The translations under genes were made by a program, and so were the position numbers. A stretch of 64,000 bases of DNA from Sphagnum compactum. Taxonomy: Eukaryota. The stretch spans positions 3,162,001 through 3,226,000 of the forward strand of contig OZ234493.1 in the NCBI GenBank assembly GCA_965153455.1, written 5' to 3'. Under the pieces are notes generated by a model. That model saw only the letters and a list, made by a program, of their open reading frames with translations, was not told where the DNA came from and did no database searches. Positions 1-14,752 of this stretch are shown here, piece by piece. Position 1 is the stretch's first letter. The number at the start of each line of letters is the position of its first letter.

Positions 1-299
1 ACCTGCAATTCTATTATCAAAAGGAACATGAGGGTCCTAAATGCAATGGGAGTAGTAGTCCTTTGCTACCATCCTCAAGGGCCCTTCCCTAATTGCCTGT
101 GGCCTTTGATGTTCCTACACCAATGTCTTCTTTTCTTGCCTAACATGTCTTCATATTTAGAACATGTCTTCATAAACTATCCAATCAAACATGTAACACA
201 ATGTTTATTTCTCATTGTTTAAATTCGTAAATTAAATTGACATTGAATAATTTTTTTGGATGAACTTGCATTTGTATGTTTTTTCTAATGTATTATGAT

Positions 300-1450
300 A
301 ACATTTTTTAAAGTTTGAAATGAATCAAATGAATATGGAGTATGCAAAATCAATTTGATGCAGTGTAACATGTGTTTTCACGACTTAATGGATTCTTTAA
401 GGTCGTTGATTGTTTTCAATGACATGTTTATGATATAATATAATAACCTTTTGGATCATAGATTTTTTTTAAAAAAATTATGTTAACATATAATTCATGA
501 TTTAAAAAAAATTGTATTTGGCCATATCATTTTGATTAAACTACTCATTCCTTTTAAGGACTAAGTCATATGGGTGAATTTGTTTCATTTTAGCAAAAAT
601 GCACCTAGGGATGAATGTATAGATTGAAATTGCATGCTCTCATGGTGGTGGTAATTCCTAGATTTACAAAGACAACCAAAGCATGCACGAAAAAAATCAA
701 TTTATTGTTCAAACAACACAAAATCCACAAATTGGCAAATGTTAAATCAAAGGAAGACATATAATTTACATACCAATGACACATAATTGTTTCAATAAGA
801 AATCAACCTTGAATTGATTTCACAAAAATAACCAACTTCAAGAACAACATCACAATCTACATTTAGAAGTGGCAAGAAAAGTTTTCCTAATCGAGCAATT
901 GGTATGTTCACCAAAATGGTGGAAAAATAGTTGCATCATGGTGAAAAATTGTGTGAAAACCAAGATTTTATTGAAAGAGTTGACCACAAAATGGATTAAC
1001 CCACAAATAAATTATAGACATGATACCTATTTTGATTTAAAAGTAAATGATGTAATAAAAAAGAACATTTTTACCTTCCCATTCAATTTTATTGCACAAA
1101 ATGAGTTTGCTAATAACTTATGAACTTGTGTGACTTCCAACACCTTTTTAATTATAATTTTTTTGGTTTTTCTATGATTCTAACACCCTTTCAATTATCT
1201 CGTCTTCAACAATTGTCTCCTCATTGTTTTCATCTTCAACTTTTACTTGGTACAAATGCCTTCAAAGTGTTGTCAATGACAAATTTTGTTGATAGTTTGT
1301 TCTTCCACATGAAACATGTCATTGTGTTGAAAATTTCCAAGGAAATGTGTTGGTTTCTTCTTACATTACATGTTCAACTTCTTTTACCCAAGTTCCATGT
1401 GAAAGTTATCTCCATGAATAATGTAAAAATTATGAAAATAAATGTAAATT
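300..1450 (-). mobile_element. Highly degenerate hAT-like transposase remnant
   Basis: Fragmentary minus-strand translations resemble a BED-finger end (TTL*RHL, ~1250-1280) and hAT core motifs (IHFVVN...GEHT, ~900-1000). Many stops and frameshifts; boundaries are approximate. Confidence 0.3.
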
Positions 1451-3128
1451 ATAATCACATATGATAAATTTTGTAATGACATGTTAACTCTTTTCAATAT
1501 AATCTCCCTTGGCCTTTCAAAAATTCACATTTGTTGAATTCACAAACGTTAAACAAACTAATAGAGGAGTTGAAAACTTCATATTAAAACATTTGAAGTG
1601 CTCCATGAATATTGGACTATTCTCTAAAACAAAGAAAAAAAAAAATATTTATATGTGATTCATTGATGTCGAATGGGGAGAACACTTACATAAACAAAAG
1701 TCAAATGAATTGTTCGTTCGAAGCTTAGTAAAAAAAAAACAAAATCTTCTTGACTTCTTTTTAATAGAAATCACATACAAGGCTATGATGGAAGCAACCA
1801 AAATGGCTATTTAGATTTAGGATTCATTGATTTCTTCCCTCTATCCATTAAGGTTTGAAGAGAAGGGGTGTTAAATGAAGGATTTTCATTCCCCTAATGA
1901 ATGATTTTGGGATTAGTTTAAAAGGTTTGAGATTAATTATATGTTAATTATTTCTTATGTTTTGATTTTGATTTTTAAGTAGGCTCTCCTTCTTTGGTGA
2001 GCTATTTACTTTTTTTTCCCCCCCTCAATAAGTCTCTTTTTATCAAAAAATTTCAAGTTTTGAGCTTGGCGGGTCATTATGTGTTAATTTTTTCAACTAT
2101 GGCCATTAAAGAGGATATTATTTGAGGCGTATTATGTGAGGGCATTTTAAATGTTCCCACCTTATTATTATCCAAATTTTTAATATCCACGTATTTAAAC
2201 CACCTTAAAGTTAATTAAAATAATTTCTTACATTGAATTTTGATATTTTATATTTGTTTGAAACTTTTTGTTTTAGTTGAAGGTGTGAATAGTGATTGAA
2301 CTTTTAATATAAATTACATCCTTTCCATCCTACTTATTGAACATGTTTATACCAATTAATATTTATCATAAATATCTTATACACAAGCTATAATTTTTTT
2401 AATACCTATTATTAATGCATACCCTATATTAATTATATTTGGATACTTTATTATACCATTAATTGAACTATAATTTTTACCCGATAAAAAACATATGAGA
2501 CCTTATATCCATGAGTATATTCAGCCAAATTGGATGATAAAAAAAATCACAAAACTTTTATAACTGCAAAATCGGAAAAAGAAGAAGAAACCATGTTAAT
2601 GCCAACCCCAAATTTATTATTAAAATTTTATGTTTGAATTTTTTTTTCTCAAATAACAACATGTTTAATTAACCCCAATTAGAAATAAATAAAACAATTT
2701 TTTTAAAAAAAAAACAAAAACTGATTTTGAGGCTAGCTCTAGTATTGAATCCAGTTTTAGCTGAAGGTCAATTTTCGGTTTGGGTTCTATAGTTAATGGT
2801 TTCTAAAAATGAAAATAATTTAATTAATTTTGAATTATTTTTTTAGAATGGGCGATTAATCTGGGCACCCAATAAATCAAACCCAAAAAATGAAAAGTGA
2901 AAATCTATATCATTTAAGGATTTATTATATGAGTTCATATAAATGAGAGCCCAAATTAAAAGTAATAATCCAATTCCACCTACTGTGTTCACACTGTGAA
3001 CACCAAAACAATCCGTTCCAATCTAAACAGTCTAAAACACTTTCACCAAAGAAACCGGTTCTCTTAATGTGAAACTGGTTCTAAACAAGGTAAAACCTTC
3101 CAAAAGTTGGATCCAATGCGATAGTGTC

Positions 3129-3222
3129 CCTGTCCCTGTGCGCCCTTTTGTGATTTGAGATCTGTGTCTGAGGCCTTGTCCCTGTGGGCCCTTCTGTGAT
3201 TTGAGATCTGTGTCCGAGGCCA
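3129..3222 (+). repeat. Two tandem copies of a ~47-bp unit
   Basis: tgtccctgtg(c/g)gccctt(t/c)tgtgatttgagatctgtgt(ct/cc)gaggcc occurs twice in succession. Confidence 0.85.
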
Positions 3223-3349
3223 GTAGAGTAGACTGAGGGAGGGAACAGGTCGAAAATCACGGAAGGGCTATTCACATAACACTTGCAAGTTTTAACCAAG
3301 TGTGGAGGTACATACTCTAAGTAAGTTTAACACCTTGAGGAATAGCCTT

Positions 3350-3670
3350 TTTTTTTTTCTATTGGCAAAAATCTCGCCAAAAGTAATCTTTGAAAAATTA
3401 AAAAAATGAAGTGATTTTGGGAGATTTTTAATCACCAGAAGAAGCGAGGGAAAAAAATTAAAAAAAAGTAAATATCGTCAGATTTCTGTATTTGGTTTAA
3501 AAGTGTGTAGCCAAAAAATTATAGAAGGATGATTAAAGATTTGTACTTTATTATATCTGATTTAATAATAATCATATTTGGCTAAATCTTCCGAAAGTTT
3601 GATTCGCCACTTTTTCTTCTATCTTCCTCTGGATGATTGCCACTTTGGGCTACAAACAAAAATTCCTTAA
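3350..3670 (+). repeat. Dispersed non-coding repeat (MITE/SINE-like), homologous to 27400-27645
   Basis: Shared blocks tagccaaa..atagaaggat.attaaagatt.gtacttta..., ttggctaa.tcttcc and attgccacttt...ctacaaaca.aaattcctt occur in the same order at both loci. Confidence 0.7.
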
Positions 3671-4227
3671 ACTAACACACTGCTAGGGAACATTCCTCAA
3701 AATGTGAGACCAAAATGATAAATTAAAAAATATAAATAAATAAGTAAACAAATAAATAATAGAAATGTGAGACCAAATGAATTTTTAAAATAAATAAATC
3801 AATCAAAAATTAAATCTGATACTAAATGATTTTTTTAATTTAAAATTTCAGAAATGTGAGACCAAATTGATGAGATTCCAACATTTTTGTTTAGCAATTC
3901 CCATGAGGAACATTTGGATTTTGTTTTGATCCTTTTGTGTTTTTGGTGTTTTGTGTGACACCCAAGAAGGTGATGATGGTGATGGGTGATGATGATTGTT
4001 GATTCAGCTTCAGGATATGGTTTTTGGGTTTGAGAAGTAAGTGAGAAACTCCTCAGAGCTTGGATGAGTTTGCTCACAGCTTCTTGGCTCCCCCCCCCCC
4101 TTTTTTTTTTCTTGGAGTTTTGTGGGTTTTGGGGAAGTTGTGTGTGTGTGTGTTTTTTTTGTTTGGTTGTTTGGGTTGTGGGTTTGGAAGAGTAGAGCTG
4201 GAGCTGCTCTGCTTCTGCTCTTGAGTT

Positions 4228-4465
4228 TTCCCATTCACCTTTCTGATTCCTTGACTGGGTACCTCTTCAATTGGTTTTGTCCAAGAGCGTTTCCATTCAC
4301 CTTTCTGATTCCTTGACTTGGGTTCCTCTGCAATTGGTTTTGTCCCAGAGCTTTCCATTCACCTTTCTGACTGAATCCTAGACTTGGGTACCTCTGCAAT
4401 TGGTTTTGTCCCAGAGCTTTCCATTCACCTTTCTGATTCCTTGACTGGGCATCTCTGCAATTGGT
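4228..4465 (+). repeat. Minisatellite, ~4 copies of a ~62-bp unit in the 5' region of the zinc-finger gene
   Basis: Unit ccattcacctttctgattccttgact(t)gggtacctctgcaattggttttgtcccagagcttt repeated with small indels. Confidence 0.9.
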
Positions 4466-5837
4466 CTTCTTGTATGTTTTTTTCCAAGGGAGGTTTTCTG
4501 GAATCTCTCTGAATCTTTCTCTTTTGGTTTCCCTGTTCTTTTGGGGTTTGGTAAACGGGAGGAGAAGAGAGATTTGAAGCAGTGATCATGGTTAGAATTT
4601 CCTAGGTTTTTTGTTTTGGTTTTTTTTTTTTTGGGGCGAGGTGTCTTTTGTGTTGTCAGAGAGCAAACCCTTGAATTTTAGGTTAGCTGCAGGGGCAAAA
4701 GACTCCCATCCATCATGTGCCTTGATTTTGTAGGTTTCCATGTGTGAAGAGATGTCCAGTATGAAGAGAGAGACTTTGATAAACCAGCAGCATTCACCAG
4801 AGTCAGCTCCAGTTGTCAATGGGTAGCAGCAGGGATACCAGGATGTGAAAATTGGCTCATCTCACAATGTGCAGCAACAAATCCAATGAAGTGAAATAGA
4901 ACACAAACAATTAGGAGTTTTGGTGAAGCAAAAGAGTGACGATCGGTATCAGTATCTGTCTACTTTGATGCCAAGAGAAGAAGTTTACCAAGCAAAAGAT
5001 TGATGATGGGTATGTGTCTATACTTTGGTGCCAAAGAGAAGAAGTTTACTGGATCTATCAGCAAGCTCTTGAGTTTTGTTGCAATTTGCAACTGCAAGAT
5101 GTGGTCAGTTTCAGCAGAAACAATACACATTTGAAAGGAATGCACTTCGACCATCATCAAGATATCACCCACATCTGCAAATTTGGTTCATTAGATTGAT
5201 GTGGTGGTGGTGGTGGTTTTCATTGGCTTCTCAAATGTTGTTGCACATAGGCACTTGCCATTTAACCTTGCATCCTCATGAATCGGTTCTTGTAAGATGG
5301 GTCTTTTGCACATCACTGCAGCTGTGGAATTGGGTCATGACTCCTGTAGAGATGTGTGTTTCTTTACTCTTTTGATATCAGCAGCTGCAAATCTTTTTTG
5401 GTTTCAGGTTCAACTGCTGCTACAACTTGTAGTAACCCTAGGTTTCTGGTCATGCAATGCAGGCTAGGCAAATAGGTTTGGAGGAGACTTTGTGTGGGTG
5501 GATGGAAATTCTTCTGGGTTTGGTATGTTGTGACCTTTTTCAGTCCTAGAACCAAGGACAAAAGATCACAAGGAAGTGCTACTGCTTTTGAGGTGGCACA
5601 ATGCAATTTGGGTTAGTAGGGATGGCCACCGATAACTTGCACTGGGGTCTTGCTGCTAGAAGAGCAGCATTCATAGATTCTCTGGTATCATTCTGCATCT
5701 GTCAGGATGCTGGTCCTGAACGGGTATGCTGAAAAAAATTTATTGTCATCCTTTAGGAAGTCTTATCCTCGCAGTGAGCAGTGTGGCAGACACAGAGAGA
5801 GAGAGAGCACCAACCCTTGAATTCCAGGGTAGAAGGG

Positions 5838-8973
<3,136 letters not shown>

Positions 8974-10808
8974 AGAGACTTCCCCCTCCTGCTCTATTTC
9001 ACTCACATTTTGAGAAGTCGGAGGAGTGAGAAGAAGCAAACAAAAGACTGCTCTATCTGCTGCTTCCCTTACATTACTCATTTTGCAGGTGAAACACGGT
9101 CACATGTGTAGCTGATGAAGTCTTTGGAAACCAGCTCCAGTTTTCACCCAATCAATCTGTTGCACCCTGCTTCACCTAACCTCTTCTTCTGGGATCACTC
9201 ATGCCTCCCACTCAAAGGTAATCCAAGTAACCTGGACTGCAACCATTCCTCCTCTCTCTAAAGGGTGTAAGCAGACTGACTGGTCACAGGCATATATGAC
9301 TAGCTGGTCAGATCTGTGCACACAGATGATTTTTGTTTGGAGACTTCTCTTCTTCCTTGGTGATGGAGCGTGAGCAAGGGAGGTGTCAAGTGGCAATGTC
9401 TGATCATCTCTCAAAGTAAATGGGGTTTGGTTGTTTAGAGATTGTCAATCAAGTTAACATGATTAAGACAATGGTTGTTAATTACTAAATCAGGTTTCTG
9501 GGCAATCTCTGTCAATACACCAGATGGGTTAAAAGTTAAAACCCTGAAAGAAACGATCGTACTGAACAAGATACAGGGCCACCCAATGCAGTTTATTGCA
9601 GTGTGTGGAACAAGTAAAATGTTTGATTGCAGAGAGGTATTATAGCTGGAAGAACATCTCAAGACCTTTACGAAGTTCCTGAGCCGAAGAAGAATCATTC
9701 AGCTTCAAGTTTTCTTTTGTTTCAGCAAATAGGAATTTTCCTATTTAGCAAAGCAAAATTCTCAACAAACAGATGACCCAAAAGCATTCCCTGTTGCAAG
9801 TGCAAGAATCACTGGCACTCTTTTGCAACAACTGAACTGGATGGATTTTCCTGCATGGTGGGTTTTCCTGCTGGTGACTGTCGGGTCACTCTTGACTGGT
9901 CTGTTTCTGTCTGCTCCTTGTTACTTACAGCACTACACATCCAACCATCCGATTCTTCTCCTTTGCAAACTGAGCTTGCACACAAATCATTGCTGATCTG
10001 CAGCCCAAAAATTCAAAATCTAGTCCTAACCTTGAAAGTGCATAGAGGTTTTTGTCTGTGTTTGATCTGAACAGGTTTTGAAGTGCAATTGGAACAATGG
10101 CAAGGTGGAACTACAATAGTGTCCTTTGATGAGTTAACAGTCTCCAACAAAGAAGCCTTCAGGATCTTCAAACAATCTAGTAAACCTCCTTCACCCCAAT
10201 TTGAATTTTTGCAAGTTTGTATAAAAGAAGCAATGCTTGAAAGGCGGCAGGCATGCCACTATGATCACGAAATCCATGTATGTCATAGTCATGGAATTCC
10301 ATTTGTTGAAAATATTTTTCTCAAGATGATTGGCAACGATGTATACTAGTGTTTTTTTGTTTAATTTGTGTCTTTCAGGACCTGCCTACCGAAACCCAGA
10401 AAAATCAAAATACCCAAGTGAGCAGCTAGCTCCTTCTTGCTACACCTCCTGTATCTTCTGGTACAATTTTGCTGGTAAATTATGCAAGTCCTGGGATATG
10501 GATGTGTCCATTCGAAGATGCTCATTGTTGAACAGATTTGGGAATTATTGTTTTCAACAAGAGGAAGTATCGTTTGTAGGTCAGATAGATTTGGGTGCCA
10601 AAGATTTCTAGATGCAATTTGATTAAGATGGGATTGAGCATCTCATGGTTAGAAGACTACTTAAGTAGGCATAAGTTGTAAGATCCCTCCTACTCTTAAG
10701 GAGTATGAATAAGATCCTCCTCTTTTCTAGGAGGGATATTTGTGGATATATGGTGCCCTCCAAATATGCAAGGAAATTTCTCCAAGTGCTCAAGGACTCA
10801 TGATCATC

Positions 10809-10844
<36 letters not shown>

Positions 10845-11935
10845 CCCACCCACTGCAACCTACCATCCAAATATTATGGATACCTACATATAAGGATCTT
10901 TTGACTAGGGACCTACTTTGAAGTCATATATGGATTAGTTAATTATTCTAAGGTCGGTGCACAAACAAAAGTTAATTAATTTGACCTCACTTTGAACAAA
11001 ACACTAAATTTTAAAGTTGGATATGTTATATCATTTTCCATTCTCATTGTCCTATTTTCATATCGGTACAATAAGCCTTGTAATGGGACCTTTAATAATG
11101 AACCTATGAATACAATAAACTCATGAATTGTGTTCATTGTGGAAGAGTTCACAAGGGAAGATTTTAGGTGTATTTGGTGAATGATCCTCACAAAGCAATG
11201 TCTTTAGGTGTGTGTGAGGAGCTTTTCATTCGGTGTAACCTACATAGGGACCAAGCTTTAAATTTGTGGGTGATTATGACTCAAAATATGGAACTTTCAT
11301 TAGTTCTATTGTGTATGTTATGCATGTTGTGTAACATTTCAATTCATTTAATCTACTTTTGTGATAGAAGAGACTTATTTTAAATAACCTTTGTAAGTTT
11401 GAACCTTTCTTTAGGCCACAAAATTGCAAAGTTTACTTCCAAGGTTTCATGTAGTAAAGACCATATGTTGTTGTAATGAATGTATTGTCACCAAAAGAAA
11501 AGGCTATACTAAAACCACACTTGTTGATATGGAAAGTAAATGAATGATTGTCTTCTATTGAATTTCATAGAGAGGCATAACAACTCAACATTGAACTTAA
11601 TCACTACCTTCGACAACATCAAAAAAAGAAAAAAAGTGGAAGTATTGTGGCGTGGTCCACATTTCATGATTACCAACCATCTTTTGTCTTGGCACTTTTT
11701 GCCAATCCAAATCCATGTTGTAATCCATCCATGTTGTAATCCATCCATTAGGTTATTTCTTCATCCAACCACAAGGTGAGCCTTGTTCACACAACAAAAA
11801 TCCTAACACAAATTCTGGTGGCAATATAATGTTATGATTTTGTAATCCTTTTTTTTTTGTTCACCCACTAATGCACCATGCATTGAAAATATGTTATGAT
11901 TCATGAATCCATGATTGAGTTACTAGGGTTCCATC

Positions 11936-14752
11936 TTTTGGTTGTAGAACATGGTTGTAGGCAATATAATCACCTTTCTTGGCAAGCACACCCTTCTTAG
12001 CATAAAAAAATCCATTGCAACAAAATATATGAGAGCTAAGAACGATGAACTCTCTCTCTTTCTTTGTTTTGTCCTTGCACCTTGTATATTAATGTAAGAT
12101 TGTTTGGCTAGTACCTTAGTCTTACGGGTTTGTTGTTTGTTGCAAAATGTTCATGAAGTTGATTATTCTTGTTATTTACAAACTATGTGTACCCTTCCAT
12201 TCCTATCAATACAATTACACTTCAAAGATTGTTTTGAAACTTTGTCACAAGTCTTTGTGAACAAACAATAGGTTATGGACCCACTCATGGAACTTGTGTG
12301 TTTAGTTTTTTTTAGCTATCATCTTTGAAAAAAATTGTAATCAAGATCAAAAAGAAGAGAAGAATATATTTTTTTAATTTTTTAAAGCAAAGTCAATTTC
12401 TGAAAGAGAGAGAGAGAGAGAGTTTTAATGGATCAAGCTAAGGAGCTTAAAACATTGAACAATTCAATGGTGAAGGTTTCACCATGTGGAAATATCAAAA
12501 TGAAACCATATTTTGTGGGAAAGAGTTATGGGGAATTGTGAATGGAACTAAAGTATTAAAGTCAATGGGAGTCAATATCATGTTAGTTGTAAATGCAGAA
12601 AGGTAGATTGGGACAAAAAAACAACCAAACGTTGAAAATATTTCTTCAAGTAGTTGATAGGTGATTGTTGAAAAATTTGATGAACTATGAGACTTCTACA
12701 ACCTTTTAGAAAAAACTCACATTGATGGACAAAAGGAAAGCAATTGAAACATCCACCAACTCCAAGAAAACTTTCACAAATAAAAAATGGAGGTAAAACA
12801 CAAAGCCAATTTCCTTGGGTGGTTAAAGATCATCATCAAACAACTCAAAGGCATGAATAACAAAAAAATTGATGATTCGACTATAATCACCAAAGTCTTG
12901 TATAACTTGCTAAACAATTTTAAACACATTAAATCAACTTCAAATAGTGTGCCTACAGGTCCAAGAAAGGATCCTGACCTATTGACAGTATAACTTCTCA
13001 AAAAGGAGAATATGTCAAAAGTTCCTATTGAAAGGGAATCCAAAAATGCTTTCATAATTAAGACAAAAGGGAAAATGATAGAATTATCATCACATAATCC
13101 AACAAATTGCTTGTACTTAACTTTAGAATAAACTATGGCAAGAAAGATGGAGATTGAGAAGTAAAAAGAAACCACCATGTGTTTCAACTGTGGTGAACCA
13201 AACCACTAGGCAAAAGAATGCACAAATTATAAAAAAAAGAAAAATCCAACCCAAAAAATGGTGGGTCATTCAAAACATGTATGGTTATTCTAGAATCAAT
13301 TGAGTAGCAATACAAAGATGTGTGGATCTCAAACATAAGATGCATTCAACACATAATAAAGCCTAGCAAATAGTTCAAAAACTGTCATGACATGTCAAAA
13401 GATTGAAAGATGGTCTATGGAGTTGGGAACTCTAAATTCTGAAAATTACTAATGTGGGAGACATTGATGTGTTTGTGAAGATTGATGATTCATGGAACAT
13501 GTCAAAGTTGAAGAATGTTTTACATGTCTTGACATTTGGAAGGAATCATTTATTGATCAAAATAACCATCAAAATAGGTTGCAACACAATGCATACCCTA
13601 AATGAATTACTTAATCCAGAACAAAATAGTTTTCATATGGAAAGGTCAACATTTTAGGATATGTGGCATTTGCACATAAGCCCACAACCACCTAAACATA
13701 AGGTGTATTTGGCTAATGTCAAGAAAGAGATGATCAAATCATCTATTGAACCATTTGTTGGGGAGACAAAAGGATCCCCAACAAATGGAGATGCTATGAA
13801 GAGTTTCAAGATATGGCATTGGAGATTGTGTCGTGTCAATTGTTAAACAATTCAACACATGGCAATGGAAGACATGGTAGATGGTTTGTTATTAACCAAC
13901 AAAAAGGAACCACCATTTTGTGAGGGTTATGTGTTTGGTAAGGCCAAGAAAACTCCATTTCCAAATAAAGATGTGAAAGTTAGAGCAACTAAGATTGCAA
14001 AGACAGTTCATACCAATTTTTGTAGTCCTTTTAACATACTATCCATTGTGGGACTAATTATTACATCATCTTTAAAGGTGATCACTCATCATACAAAATC
14101 TTGTATAACATAGCCAAGAAGTTAGAAGCATTAACATGTTTAAAAAAGTATGTGAAACTCATGAAAAGAAGGATTGGATAAAAAATTAACACTTTTAGTT
14201 AAGATGAACGGGTCGAGTCGAGAATAGAAGAGTTTCAAATGTGTCTTGTAGCTATTAATGCAAAGTAAAAGCTATGACAACAAACACCCCATAGGAAAAT
14301 GGTATAGTGGGGAAAAAAAAACCATTGTTGAGTTAATTCAAAGCATGGTTTATGACATTGGGGTCCATCAAATGCCCACAACCTGGGTTGACTCAGCCAT
14401 ATTGAGATAATTAGTCAAACATCAAATTAGTGCATAATCAAAAGTTCCATAAAAGGACTAAACATATTGATGTGGAATTTCACATCATTCATGAACACCA
14501 AGTGGTAGGAACCATCAACATTGCTTACATTGGAACCAATGATCATAAATCTAACATCTTGACCAAGGCTTTAATGACAAAGAAGTTTCAACATATGAGG
14601 AGTCTTTTAGTTCTCACCAATGTTTATGCTTAGTGAAGGATTGACATGTATTGAGTGGAAGTTTTGGATGTAGGACATGTTTTGTAGGCATTGCAAATCA
14701 CCTTTCTTGATAAGCACCATTCTTGGCATGAGAGATCCGGTGCAACAAAATA
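11936..14752 (+). mobile_element. Degenerate, internally deleted Ty1/copia LTR retrotransposon
   Basis: 5' LTR ~11936-12270 matches a truncated 3' LTR at 14662-14752. PBS ggttatggaccca at 12271. Gag motif FNGEGFTMWK (~12463). Zinc knuckle CFNCGEPNH*AKEC (~13179). GAG-pre-integrase WHWRLCRVN...CEGYVFGK. Integrase VHTNFCSP. RNase H FHKRTKHIDVEFH. PPT ttgagtggaag at 14651-14661. No RT is seen. Confidence 0.9.
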
